62,540 nucleotides of DNA, filler included, from Phoronis australis (GCA_002633005.1; 6 parts of 6 records of this genome joined end to end with filler, not necessarily neighbours in it), one strand, 5' to 3'; positions 13,701 to 26,161 are shown, counted from the whole stretch's first letter. Made by a program: numbers and translations. Notes: generated by a model not told the origin, from the sequence alone.

Positions 13701-14640
13701 ATTTTACCTTGAACTCGTATAGTTCGTTGTAGGGAAGATTCTGAAGAACCAGTTTGGTGCAGTGGTTGCAACTTGACGTCATAACAAGCTCCGATTCATT
13801 CAGGGATCGGTACTGCACCATATAGCCACCAATTGCACCTCTGGGGGGACACGGTGAAGACCATGATACGGTTACAGACCCTGGTGCACGTTCGACGATC
13901 ACGACGTTTGTTGGGGCTGTTGGAACTAGAACGTTAAAGATATTGTAATGACGTGATCTTTTACGAGACGAATTGACTTATGTATTAGTGGAGAGTCTGT
14001 TGAGATTTAGTGCAGCTGGTGTAAAACTCGAATGGAAGCCTGAACGAGTATTCTCAGTGCCGGCAAACGGCACTCGCCTTGTTCTTACATTCATTTCCAC
14101 TGAGCAAGCACGAATGACAGACATATATTTTGTTCAAAGTTGTGTTTAGTCAATCGACAAAAACAAAGTTAAACATGGATACCCCTATCTACCAATCTCT
14201 ATGCTATGGGCTTGCAGCCTGGTCTCCCTTGGGTTAGTTAAACCTTTCACTTCAGAACACCACAGAGACATATCAAATACATTGACCTTATAGCCGTTTA
14301 ACATGTATGTTAATAATGTGTTCCCAAACCAACTCACCACTTTGTTTAGTCATCACGTTGGTCCATCCACTCCACGGCCCAGCCAACTGTCCAACTATTG
14401 CCTGAACTCTTAATTCGTACCTTGTATACGGTTGAAGGTTTAGGAAAGTAACGTCACGATTACCTGTTTTGCTGACGGAGTTAATGTTCATAACGCACGG
14501 ACCCATTTTATTGCGTATTTGATATCTGTAGCTGGTGACCTGTCCATTTTGTCTAAGGCACTCTACTTTCCCCCAAGAAAAGGACAGTGACGTATTCGAC
14601 ACATGAGTTACACTTGCGTTTACCGGAGGTGATGACGGTG
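4582..14640 (-). CDS. Tie/TEK-like receptor tyrosine kinase, multi-exon, 5' part not located
   Basis: GT-AG exons: 14338-14640 (FN3); 13708-13925 + 13193-13256 (FN3); 12499-12607 ([26 protein letters not shown]); 11892-11956 (KRR stop-transfer); 11654-11689 (tentative); 10471-10684; 10063-10173; 6508-6686; 5766-5950; 5516-5556; 5062-5158; 4582-4753 (stop). Phases fit except at the juxtamembrane junction. Kinase motifs are intact: [46 protein letters not shown]. The tail [16 protein letters not shown] resembles Tie2 RKTYVNTTLYEKFTYAGID. Confidence 0.9.
5062..5158 (-). CDS. Tie-like RTK kinase exon
   Basis: [32 protein letters not shown]; phase 1 to 2, AG/GTAAGT. Confidence 0.9.
5516..5556 (-). 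CDS. Tie-like RTK kinase exon
   Basis: [13 protein letters not shown]; 41 bp, phase 2 to 1. Confidence 0.9.
5766..5950 (-). CDS. Tie-like RTK catalytic-loop exon
   Basis: [62 protein letters not shown]. Confidence 0.95.
6508..6686 (-). CDS. Tie-like RTK kinase exon (hinge and short insert)
   Basis: [59 protein letters not shown]. Confidence 0.92.
7643..8071 (+). mobile_element. Degenerate transposon-like coding remnant in a 3.4-kb RTK intron
   Basis: Cys/His-rich ORF ([26 protein letters not shown]...GV..MSK.I...LVPV) that recalls uncharacterised invertebrate transposon proteins. No termini found. Confidence 0.3.
10063..10173 (-). CDS. Tie-like RTK kinase exon (alphaC)
   Basis: [36 protein letters not shown]; phase 1-1. 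Confidence 0.92.
10471..10684 (-). CDS. Tie-like RTK juxtamembrane/kinase N-lobe exon
   Basis: [71 protein letters not shown]. Confidence 0.92.
11892..11956 (-). CDS. Tie-like RTK cytoplasmic juxtamembrane exon
   Basis: TTTTTCAG acceptor, GTAAG donor; [21 protein letters not shown], phase matches the TM exon. Confidence 0.7.
12499..12607 (-). CDS. Tie-like RTK transmembrane exon
   Basis: [35 protein letters not shown]; GTAAGT donor. The acceptor choice is inferred from phase. Confidence 0.75.
13193..13256 (-). CDS. Tie-like RTK FN3 C-terminal half exon
   Basis: [21 protein letters not shown] completes ...YEFK-VKA FN3 strands. Confidence 0.8.
13708..13925 (-). CDS. Tie-like RTK FN3 exon
   Basis: [38 protein letters not shown]...[13 protein letters not shown]. 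Confidence 0.88.
14338..14640 (-). CDS. Tie-like RTK FN3 exon
   Basis: [10 protein letters not shown]...LSFSW...NGQVTSYRY...[14 protein letters not shown]...GPWS; 303 bp, phase 1-1. Confidence 0.9.
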
Positions 14641-15459
14641 CTTTAAAAATGAACGTGAGCTGTGTTACAGCAACTTTTTTGCAGTGAGAATTCCGTGGTA
14701 TTGTGATATTAATGAAGCATTGATGCTTACACATTTATGCTTAACACAGGTTTGCAAGCGACGGCGACACATGCACGTCAGCTTGTAAATGAAGCAACGT
14801 AATAAGACAACAGAACAACAATCCTATGTAAGCATGCCTGTTAAGTAGTACATTCACACAGTAACTAGTGCTTTCCCGAGAAAATTTGTGGCTCAGCGGT
14901 TTGCATCTCACTTGTGTCACACCAATATTAATAATTTCGTAGTTCCGTACATTCAGGAACGAAAAGAAAACGTGATATTTGGATAAAAACCGTATACCAA
15001 AGCGGAATGCAAGGGTGAAATGTCGCGCGGGTACAAACTGGCCACTGGTTTTGTTTTACTCCTACCTCCTAGTATGGAAGGGCCTCCGTTAATCGAGAAC
15101 GCTATCTCTCGGTCATTTTTTGGCATAATTCCGCACTACCAAAACGCCAAGTGAGCCCGTTTTTAGTCCTTTGCTAAAGGCTGCATACGAAAGGGTCAAA
15201 CACGCTTATATCCATTTTCCACAGTGACCGGATTTCGCCTTAGATTAACATCGTGGAAGCACACGTTTTTAACCCTTTTTAAATGGTAAGAAAAACTTGA
15301 AAAGAAGGACGCAGTTACTATCCTAAAACCAACACATAATTCATAGCTGACAAAAGTTTAAATAAACGCGTCAATAACCATTCGGACCCAAAGAACCCAC
15401 CGCCATGTTGAGCTAACTGCAAAACCGGAAGTACAATTCATGCAGGAACACAGACTTAA

Positions 15460-16348
15460 AGGCGAACGCAACATTTTTCCATTTATTTTTTTTTTGCAAA
15501 AATATGGTTTGTAGGTTATCCCAGACACATTTTCCACTAAATTACAGCTTTTAGTAATTTAAGTAATTATTGGACCGGAAGTGGCGTTTTGGGAGGCAGA
15601 AATTTCTCGCCAATTTCTTTTCATATAATCTGACTATGAGAGCTGTCGAGTGAGTCATTGGTCTACTTCTGTTGTGATACGTTCAGTCGTCGTTTGCTTT
15701 TGTTTACGAGTCAGTCAACACGCCAGACTGTTGCTGCGTAACGGGATGTTTTCGTCATGGCCCAAAGCTTGTAAGCAACCCTGCTGAGATGTTGAGATGA
15801 AGCAGTGAATACGGGCCCAATGAAGAGGACAGTTCGCCGTTCAGTTAGCTGATCGATGAGCCAAAATGTGGTAAGTTTATTGGGGACGTGTCTAAAGTAT
15901 TGGAGCTATTTAGAAGGTCCGTTTGTTTGGGGAGGGAGTCACACGACGGGATGTAAGCAGTTTGTATGCTCAATTCACAATCTAGTGGGAGTGTGTCGCG
16001 GGAACTCGGGCAAGTAGGTCTGTTGTTCCTCTGTCTGTGAGTCGACATTGAGTACATCCCGGTACGCAGAAAGAGTGTGACATGCTGACTGACTCGTAAA
16101 CAAAAGTAAACGACGAGCGAATTTATCACAACCAAGATAGAAAAATGACTGACTCGGTATCTTTCACAGTCAGAGGGTATGAAAAGAAATTTGGGGCGAA
16201 ATTCTTGCCTCCCAAAACTTCATTACCGGAGTAGAGAACGAATAATTGATTAAATTACGAAAAGCTTTAATTTAGTGAGAAAATTGTTTGGGATTAACAA
16301 CGAACCATATTTTTCCTAAAGAGACACGAAAAATGATTGCCTTCGCCT
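15460..16348. mobile_element. Non-autonomous Kolobok-type TIR element (~890 bp)
   Basis: TTAA on both flanks (15456-15459, 16349-16352), termini AGGCGAA.../...TTCGCCT, and ~200-bp imperfect inverted arms. Confidence 0.7.
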
Positions 16349-17229
16349 TTAAGTACACGACTGGAGCATTGTTTGTCACCAGCCCACCCATGTGAATAAA
16401 ATAATCGGCAGCACACCTTAAATTGAATGAAACCAAAGTAGGGACAATTTGTATTGAAACTGTTGAAAATAATGTGACAAAATAAATTTTGACAAAAATT
16501 ATTTTGCCGGACTTGGAGCTGCAGCCGATGACCCGATCCGGACCGATCGAAACCACTCGCACTGACAATGGACAAAGCCATGACGTCTCCGGCTGTTTTT
16601 ATCAGAATAAATGGCGTGCGGGACGGGATTTTGATATATAGAAAGCAGGGTCATATATTGTAAGTTTTTATGAGGTTTTAAAATAAATATATTTACACTG
16701 GCAATTGAGAACCAAAGCCATTTTGTAGCAAATAATTTTCCCGGCGAAGAGCCACGGCAACTTCAGAATTATTCCGCTGTTTTGAGATAAAATTTGTTTT
16801 TGTTTGTTGAACATCGCAGCATGTGGAATTTTCTCTAATTTACAATTTTACAGCCAGTAAAGGCGGTGCCGATTTGCACTGCGGTAACTCGTCCGTTTAG
16901 TCAAACGGCAGTTGCTCACTGCAGGCTGGTACTTTGCAACCGTTTCACGATATGGCGATACAGAAAAGACATTTGTTGATCAAAAAGTATTTCCCTAATT
17001 ATTACCTAAATGGGTTCTGTTGCTGAAATTTGACGTACCAACGGGTGAGTGAGGGCTGATCCCAGTAGCAATTACGCTCACGGTGATACGATTTCAAGGA
17101 CAACATGACCGGCATTCAAGAATCGTTCCTGAACTGACACGCAGAAACTCAAGTCACGGAAATAGACAGGAATAGTCGATGATTTTCCAATCTCGGCCGA
17201 GGTACAAAANACTAGGCGCTAAATCTTCA

Positions 17230-17401
17230 TTCTTTAAAAGTCGGGGATGGGCGCTTAACCGAGAGGTGGGCGCTTAACTGGAAATCTGCAAAAATCGCAG
17301 GGGGGCGGTTAACTGAGCAGTGGGCGGTTAAATCGAAATCCACGTAAAGTCGGGGATGGGCGGTTAACTGAGCATGGGCGTTAACCCGAACGATTACGGT
17401 A
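17230..17401. repeat. GGGCG(C/G)TTAAC(C/T)GAG tandem motifs at a MITE end
   Basis: About six copies of the motif ending in ...TTACGGTA; the left end is lost at the single N (17210). Confidence 0.45.
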
Positions 17402-17545
17402 TGTTCCTATCATGGATGGGATGGCGTGAGCGAACATTCGGACAGATCCAACAACTGGTGTGCACCTTAGTGGGAATTTTGAATTTTTTACGCTTACCTC
17501 TATAGCTTCAAAGGTCCTAAACGTATTTTTATAAAATTTGGCATA

Positions 17546-19254
17546 TGTGACCCACCACGACAAAATGAGTCTTAAGTCGGAAACTCAATTTCCTGACAAG
17601 ACTGCAAACAGTAGCTATCGGTTAAAATTAGGTCAAATTTTTTTATTGCAGATTATGATTATTTATTCATTCTACTCCACAAAACAATACTTTAAAACGA
17701 TCAAACTTCATTTTAAACCATTTTGAAAAACATCACCTTCTCCACGACTGCATATCTCGTGAAATTTTCATCGAAATTTGCCGGTTTTCGTGTCCTCATT
17801 GATCAGTCTTCCGATGACCCAATTTCGCTCGTAAACACATCAACAGAAAGGTCAAACTCTGCTTGTTATGCATGTAGTAATCTCTTTCAGTTTTTCGTCC
17901 AATCATAAGTCGTTATTTCACTTTTTGCATTCGGGGTATTTTCAACAGAAGTGTCACTCACCAGNCTCATAAACACATCAACAGAAAGGTCAAACTCTGC
18001 TCATTATGCATGTAGTAATCTCTTTGAGTTTTTCGTCCAATCATAAGTCGTTATTTCACTTTTTGCATTCGGGGTATTTTCAACAGAAGTGTCACTCACC
18101 AGTCTTTTAGCTAGTAACGACCTTTTAACCCAATGCATCGCTGACCTCATTCGCTAGAACTAGTTAAGTGGGCGTGAAACCGTGAGGTCGCGAGCTAGGT
18201 CACGGCATGTTTTCAAGACAGTAAGATGGCTGGTCGCTGTGTAGCTGATATCTCAATGATTAACTCTTGCCTCTGACTGCCGTATCAAGATCAGCGAGAA
18301 TTAACTGAACTCAACAGAGCACATTTGTTGATTGAGACAAGGAGGAATTTCGTGACAGCAACGAGTCGTCTGACGGCAGCAACTCGTCGCCAGATGAGTT
18401 TCATGATCGACCCATCGCGAATACGGTTGCGTTGGATTCCAAGTCGTTGGATTGGAACAAACAGAACTTGAAGAAAACCGTCCGGATTAGCTTAATCGCA
18501 CAACAATGTCTTGTATCTGCAAAGCCAGTGGATCGGGGTGCACGCAGCTGAATATTACTGCAAGAGGGAACAATCTTCGATAGGGCTGAATCACTCGGTG
18601 AGAAGTCGAGGAAAGTCGTTGCTCTTCAGTCAGTGTCAGTGGACTTGGATAGGGATGAGTGATTGTCATTTTTTCAAAATTATTCACACTAGCGTAAAAT
18701 TTTGAATTATTTCGAACAAAAATCAGCCACGAACCTGTATTTTGTAATCTACAGGACTTCATTTTATTAAATTTCTCCAAAATACACTTTAACTACTTGT
18801 TTTACTTGCGGTAACCCCTCCTGCCACAAGTGGACTGACCCTGTACACATTAGCTGGGAAATTTATTGACCCAGTTGCAGCAACCCAACATGAATATCAC
18901 TCATTTTTGACTGAGATTACATGATAAGGTCTATATTTTTTCTAATTTTTATTACTTTTATTTGTTTATGTTGTTGTGCATACTAATAAGTCTGAAATGT
19001 AGCATTCAACTGCAGGTTGCTATTGAAATTTTAAAGACACTGTCGGCACTTTTCGTCGGCCATTTTCCTTGACTTTTGAAAGCTCTAAACTTTCGCTTTC
19101 CCCGAATAGAATTGGCAATAACTCGGTCATTTGTGAAGATAAGGACATGTTTCATACCTGAAAATGATCAGGAAACACTGCGTTTTCAGAAAAAAATAAC
19201 AATTAAAAAATGACAAATCCCGACTTAAGACTCATTTTGTGGTGGTGGGTCACA
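17546..19254. mobile_element. Unclassified non-autonomous TIR element (~1.7 kb)
   Basis: ~35-bp TIR TGTGACCCACCAC(G/C)ACAAAATGAGTCTTAAGTCGG at both ends, in a TA/ATAT site. Internal duplication 17830-17964 / 17968-18102 around a single N. Confidence 0.75.
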
Positions 19255-19367
19255 TATGTGAGCATGCGCATTCCACAGTCCATAGTTTCCTGTACATTTT
19301 TCTGATTTACAACATATGGCTGTGGTGAGTTGTTGCCGAGATATTTGAAAGTTTACGCAAGTTTTAT

Positions 19368-19689
19368 CTTGGCTGGTGCCAAACGTGGTAAGATGACTGT
19401 TGACCAGTTTCTTGAGGAAGTGTTCATGGACTCAGTGAAAACAAGCTGGAAATGGCACTCAAAGTGACGGTGACAGTGACTGGGAAACTAATACAACAGT
19501 CACAAGTAATGCAGATTCTATCGATTCGGATCTCGATCAGTGCAATTTTGGAGGAGTTACCGGTCCCTGAAGCTGAACTTGGACGGGCCTACGATGATGC
19601 TTGGCTCACGCCATTCGCGCATGATGGAACTCATTCAGAACTAGATATTTTTGTGACTTTTTCACAGAATAGCTTTGTGTCCCCACCCG
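19368..19689 (+). pseudogene. Possible piggyBac-like transposase N-terminal remnant
   Basis: Frameshifted acidic leader (MTVDQFLEEVFMDS..SDGDSDWE) then EAELGRAYDDAWLTPF..SELDIF. Resemblance only. Confidence 0.3.
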
Positions 19690-19690
19690 N

Positions 19691-20598
19691 TTGAGACAAG
19701 GAGGAATTTCGTGACAGCGACGAGTCATCTGACGGCAGCAACTCGTCGCCAGATGAGTTTCATGATCCACCCATCGCGAATACGGTTGCGTTGGATTCCA
19801 AGTCGTTGGATTGGAACAAACAGAACTTGAAGAAAACAGTCCGGATTAGCTTAATAGCACAACAATGTCTTGTATCTGCAAAGCCAGTGGATCGGGGTGC
19901 AAGCAGCTGAATATTATTGCAAGAGAGAACAATCTTCGATAGGGCTGAATCACTCGGTGAGAAGTCGAGGAAATCGTTGCTCTTCAGTCAGTGTCAGTGG
20001 ACTTGGATAGGGATGAGTGATTGTCATGTTTTCAAAATTATTCACACTAGCGTAAAATTTTGAATTATTTCGAACAAAAATCAGCCACGAACGTGTATTT
20101 TGTAATCTACAAGACTTCTCCAAAATACACTTTAACTACTTGTTTTACTTGCGGTAACCCCTCCTGCCACAAGTGGACTGAGCCTGTACACATTAGCTGG
20201 GAAATTTATTGACCCAGTTGCAGCAACCCAACATGAATATCACTCATTTTTGGCTGTGATTACATGATAAGGTCTATATTTTTTCTAATCTTTATTACTT
20301 TTATTTGTTTATGTTGTTGTGCATACTAATAAGTCTGAAATGTAGCATTCAACTGCAGGTTGCTATTGAAATTTTAAAGACACTGTCAGCACTTTTCGTC
20401 GGCCATTTTCCTTGACTTTTGAAAGCTCTAAATTTTCGCTTTCCCCGAATAGAATTGGCAAAAACTCGGTCATTTGTGAAGATAAGGACATGTTTCATAC
20501 CTGAAAATGATCAGAAAACACTGCGTTTTCAGAAAAAAATAACAATTAAAAAATGACAAATCCCGACTTAAGACTCATTTTGTGGTGGTGGGTCACAT
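19691..20598. mobile_element. Second, 5'-truncated copy of the 17546-19254 element
   Basis: Near-identical to 18331-19254 with scattered substitutions and a short deletion. Starts right after the single N at 19690, ends in the same TIR, and has a different right flank. Confidence 0.8.
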
Positions 20599-20619
20599 AT
20601 AGGCGAGATGACGCTATCC

Positions 20620-22770
20620 TGTGGGTTTTGGACGGATTCGTCGTAGTTTGCGTCAGTGGCCATTTTTGCTGTTTTCGAGTCTGATATTTGGCGTCCACCC
20701 CTCTATCAACCAAACCGCTCTAAAGATGATCGTGGAAATTGGCATGTATGTTTTATTATGAAGAGGATGACTGACAATGATTTTCCAACAATTTCGACTA
20801 CTGTGGCGCCTCCTAGTGGCAGTTTTGTCTCTTTTTGCGCCCATGGCTGTATCTCCTAAACCGTTGGTAGGATCTTCACTAAATTCTGCAAGTGTATTTA
20901 TATGATGTTGACAAGGGATGAAGACAACTACCGGTGTGCCCCTAGTGGCAATTTATGTTTTTGTGTTTACCTCTGTATCTTGAAAGGTTCTCAACATATT
21001 TTCATAAAATTTGAAGTATAGGGAAATATTAGTGAGATGAAGCCATTGTACCATTTTCGGATGGATTTGACGTAGTTTGTGCCACATAGTGGCCATTTTT
21101 ACTGTTTTTTGGTGTCCACCACTCTATCAACCAAACCGCACTAAGGATGATTGTGGAAATTGGCATGTATGTTCTTACTACGAAGCTGACGATGATTTAC
21201 CAATGACTCCTAGTGGCAGTTTTGTTTTTTTGCGCCCATGGCTGTATCTCCTAAACCGTTTGCAGCATCTTTTCTAAATTGAACAAGTGTATTTATATGA
21301 TGTTAACAATGGATAGCAACAACTTTCGGACGGATCTGACTACCAGTGTGCCCCCTAGTGGCAATTTTCATTTTTAGGCTTACCTCTGTGTCTTCAAAGG
21401 TCCTCAACGGATTATCAGAAAGTTTGGAATATAGACATTTATTGGTGAGATGATGTTATCCTCCTGCTTTCGGATGGAATTGAGGAACTTTTGTGCCACC
21501 TAGTGGCCATTTTTCCTGTTCTTGAGTCTTGTTTTTTGCCTCCACCCCTCGATCAACCAAACTATTCTGAGTATGACTTTGAAAATTGGTGTATTTGTTG
21601 ACAATAACGCATTCGACTACTGTAGCGTCTCCTAGTGGTAGTTTTGTTTTGTTTTGTGCCCATAGCTGCATCTCCTAAACTCACTGCAGGATCGTTATTA
21701 AATTTAGTAATTGTATTTATATGAAGCTAACAACAGTTGACGTCTTTCAGGCGGATCCAATAAAGGCTGTGTCCCAAATTGGCAATTTCATTATTTTTTG
21801 TTTTCCTTTGTTTTTCTAAAGTTCCTTGACCGAATTCTATGAAGTTTGCTTAAATAGCTTTCTTTTTAAAAAGCGATGGTATGTACCCATTTTCAGATGG
21901 ATTAAATTTTTTTTCGCCCTCTGGTGGCTATTTTTGTGAAACAAATAAACAACCCTAGAAGCACTCCATTTGCGGTGCATTAATGGGCAAAATGCAACGT
22001 TCCGCGTTGCTCTTGTGAAAATTTACAGATGTGTTCCTGATGAGAAGGGGTCTGCGGCCAAATGTCCTTAACCCTTTGAAGGAGCTTTGTGAAAGCTGTG
22101 TTCCTATGGAGTGGACGACAAATGATCTGAATACCACTATGACTCTAGTGGCAAAATGTGTTTTTGCTCTTGCCTCTGTATCTTTGGAGTTCATTAATTT
22201 AATGTGTTTTCATGAAATTCGGAGACAACAAGAGATTTGATACTTTCTGCGCCACCTAGTGGCCACTTAAAATTTTTTATGCGTGTCTTTTACGTCCGCC
22301 TCTCTATCTGCCAAACCACTCAAAGGATCAATATGAAAAGTAACGGTTGTTTTTCTGATGCAAAGATCCTGGCTGACATTGATTTTTGGATGTTTTTCAC
22401 TAATCTTGCTCCCCATAAGGGCAGTTTTGTTTTTTGCGTCCATGGCTGTCTTTCCTTAAACCTTTGGCGGATCTTTGCGAAATTAGCCAGAGGAGTTCCT
22501 AGAGATAGCACCAGATGAAGATGAGTTTCAAACCAATCAGAATATAGCTGTGCCCCCTTTTGTTTTTAACGTTTGCCTCTATATCTTAGGAGTTCCTTGA
22601 CTTATTTTTATGAAATTTGGCAAATGGTTGTGTATTACAGAGATAGCACCACCTTCTCAATTCGGACGGGTTTGACACAGTCTCCGCCATATAATGGTCA
22701 TTTTTGTGTTACTAAAAACATCCATAGAAGCACACCGTTTGTGGTGCTGTCGCTACACATTTCCCTTGTT
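20620..22770. repeat. Degenerate tandem array (~130-160-bp subunits, ~420-bp higher-order period) with GCCNCCTAGTGGC motifs
   Basis: Recurring GCGCC(A/C/T)CCTAGTGGC, CTCTATCAACCAAACC and CATGGCTGTATCTCCTAAACC modules. Confidence 0.75.
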
Positions 22771-25700
22771 TGTAAAACAAGTGGTACATATACTTTTTTG
22801 ACTTGTTTACTAATTATTTTCAAAAGTTTGAGCTTGTTGACACTCCTTTTTGAACAATAAAAATACCTTGTCGATGAGAAAGATACAGCAATTGCTTCTT
22901 GAGTATGTAAATGGTTGCATCAAAACAGTGCTCTTCGTCCACATGAAGTATAGCAGAGACCATCTCAGTAAAAATCTTTAATATCTTTTACTCACTATTT
23001 CTCATTTCCGGGAGGTACGTCAATGAATGTAAAATGGATGGAATAGGCAAACCCTTTCAGTGCATGTTTTCTCTTTTGTATGTGTGAGACAATTGCATGT
23101 CAAGTTAATAAAATCATTTCTTTCGTCTTACAGTGCTATAGAGACTAAGGCAAAATCGAACTTTGGTGAAGCCACACCTGTCCATGCTCCACTAAAAAGT
23201 ATGTAGCGTGGTGTCCCAGCAAAGTCCAGTTATCCCCACCAATTGAGCAATGTATGAAACGTAAAATGATGGCTTTTTAAATTTTGTTTCAAAAAGTGCT
23301 CTAGAACGTATATTTTTGCAGATATTCAAATCAGTTGTGTTATACAACCAAAATAAGGTTTTAGAAATTAGTTTTTTTGCAGCTTTAGTCCTTGGAATTT
23401 TAAAAGTGGAAATGGTGGTAATTCTCCTAACTTAACGATTGATTGTAAAAATCGTCATACATACCCCACTGTTAGTTGTAATGACTGATTTTTTGCTGCA
23501 TATATTGTACCACCATATGATCACCTGTTTGATTTTATTTATATCCATCTATTCGGCAGTCTGTATCATACCTTTGGCAAAGAGCGCATCGCTTGAAACA
23601 TGGGGAATATTTTGATATATTTTAGTACTGACGCTAGGCGTTTTACTTTTACTGTTTTTGCTATTTTATACTTCTTATCTGTCAGTAACTGCACGGCATT
23701 CCAGCATCTATTGGATTTATTTAATAACGATTGATAAATAACTCAAAACGATAAATGGAAAATCCTGTCACAAATTGTTTTTCGAGGCCTTGATCACTGA
23801 AGCACAACAATTTTGGAAATTGGTGGACAAGTTGCAAAGAAGCAAAATCCCGCAAAAGGTATGCCGAGAGCACACAGATAGATAAACATGATTTAAGTCA
23901 TTCGGGTGGCAGCGTTGTTTAATTAAAGTTAAACAATTTTATCTTTAAGTTTATGTTTCCTTCAGTATTCTCAGAGACAGTTCCGCTTCTGAATGAAATA
24001 TCCGTGAGAATATGCTTTATCGATAAATCCGAGGAGTCAATACGCTCAGTCTTTGTGCTGCCTTGTGAACTTGGCTCATCTCAGGAGGAGTGAAAAGGTT
24101 GAATTAGGGGTTTTAGAAAGACAGTTTGCAGTGATAACGAATGCTGGATTGATTCGCATATACAACCTGGCTACTCTGGAGTCGCTGACAGATTTGTCGC
24201 CAACAGATGGTGACACCTATGTCTCTCTCACTTACTGTAATGGTAACAACTATTTATGTTTTAATTTAAATGATCGCCATATATTTCGATTTTCGTGTTC
24301 TACACATTTATTTTTTTCAAGCCAAATATTGTAGCCAGTCTTCCCTCTATAGAGCAAGCAGCATGAGATTGTTCACTGATTGCATTATTCTCTCATGAAC
24401 ATACTTTCTGGGCTGTTTTTTTTTCTTTTGCTCTACATTTCTTTTCTCACATGTTCTATTCCCCACAAACTCCATTACGTTTTTTCATACAAACAGCACA
24501 AAACACGTAGTTCGTAGATGGTGTATGAGATAGGACATACTGTTCATGAGAAGTTCACTCTGGAGAAAAGAACTTTTAGTAAATTTGTGGCGTATGATGA
24601 CTAGCTAGCCTGATATAGCAGAAAATGGTTACCAACACAAGGAGCTGTCGTATGGTCCATCATGATAATAGTTCAATGTAAAATATTATTATTTGTCCAT
24701 TGAATTCCTATCAGCAATCTATGAGTTTCTATGATTTGTANTATTTTCACTATTTTGTCCGTGTGTTGCATATTAGCCATGATTACAGTGCACGTGAAAA
24801 ATATTTTATAAAGTTTCTTTCAATTGGTACTGTATGTCATGTCGTGCCTTTCAAACCTCTCTGATTGTGGATTTCGCTTGGACTCAGCTGTCATAATAGG
24901 GAATTTTTGCTGTGGTCAGTTGCTATGACAGATTTATGTGTCGTGTTATTTTTGGCGTGAACTGTACATCTATTGGACAGTAAGCATTATCATGCACATT
25001 CCAATTTCTGTATGGGCAACCACCTCTCCATCTCCCAGTTTCATTGATGAAACCTCATAAAATTTGGCCAACTTGTTCCAATTAAGGTATTAGTGAGACA
25101 CCAGTTTTCAAACAAGTCAACATGTGATGCGCTCCTTGTTGCAATTAATTTTTATGTGCCACCTAGTGGCTATTTTTATTATTTTTGAGTCTGTTGTATT
25201 ACCAAAAGAGATTCACCATATCTGTGAAGTCAGAAGTAACTTTTTTCATTAGTGACTCTCAAAAAAGACTACTTGATTTGTTGGATTTGATAAGTGCCAT
25301 ATTTGACAATTTAACTGAATTACATGCTCGTCAAATTATATAAAAGAGAATAAGCCACGAACTATTGACCAAGGCACATTCAAAAAGCCAATGGTATTGC
25401 AGATTAGGTGTTGCCCCATCTGAATAAAAACGAAACTTGTGTAACTGTTTTTTCGATGGTCTCGCGTGATCATAGTAAGCTAGTGGAGAAATAATCTGCC
25501 ATCATTAGCTTGTGGGTGTAGAAGTTCAGGTGCACTTAAAACTGACTTAACAGTTTGCATACTGTACACCTGGATAGTCATTTCAGTGACTGAGGTTCAT
25601 ACAAACACGACCCTATGGAACCATGTAGAAATGTGTGAATAGAGAAGGTCAATATTCTCCTTGACTAAAGACCTTGTTGACCAGTGCCTCACCACCGATC

Positions 25701-26161
25701 TGTTGCAAAGAGACTACACGAATTGACACTGTTTGAGAACCTGATGCCGCCGTAATTGGCCACGCTGCCGCCATGTTGGTATGAGATCCAGCAGGAGCAA
25801 CAGCAGCAACGTCATCCTCAGCATCTCCAGAGTCAGGGGGAGCTTCTACAGCACAAACGCACTTGGAAACTGCAGCAAGATACTAGGTTGGTGATATTGA
25901 ATAATCTGATTTATTAAGCTCTCACTGTATTTTTCTGTAGGCAGTTTGAGAAAAGGGTCGTTCAGAAACTAGGAGGCGTTGCCTTACAGTTTTAGTTGAA
26001 CTCTCCTCTTTCCCAGTGTCAAAATACAGACTGACAATGTTTTTAGTTGTTTTGTTTTGTTCTGTTTGATTGGCATGACCCCTGAGTTAAGTACAATGAT
26101 GATGTAATTTGTTTACTACAGAAAGGTATGGAACTTTCTAGTAGACTGAGTTCAGTACTGG

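Noticed and set aside
23134-23858. Two short AG..GT segments (about 23134-23199 and 23788-23858) as extra BIRC6 exons
   Set aside because: Splice signals are plausible, but I could not match the peptides to BIRC6 with confidence.
25480-25900. PHD-finger-like words (STWFHRV..) on the minus strand, suggesting a LINE ORF1 relic
   Set aside because: Many stops and frameshifts, and no RT or endonuclease remnant recognised nearby.
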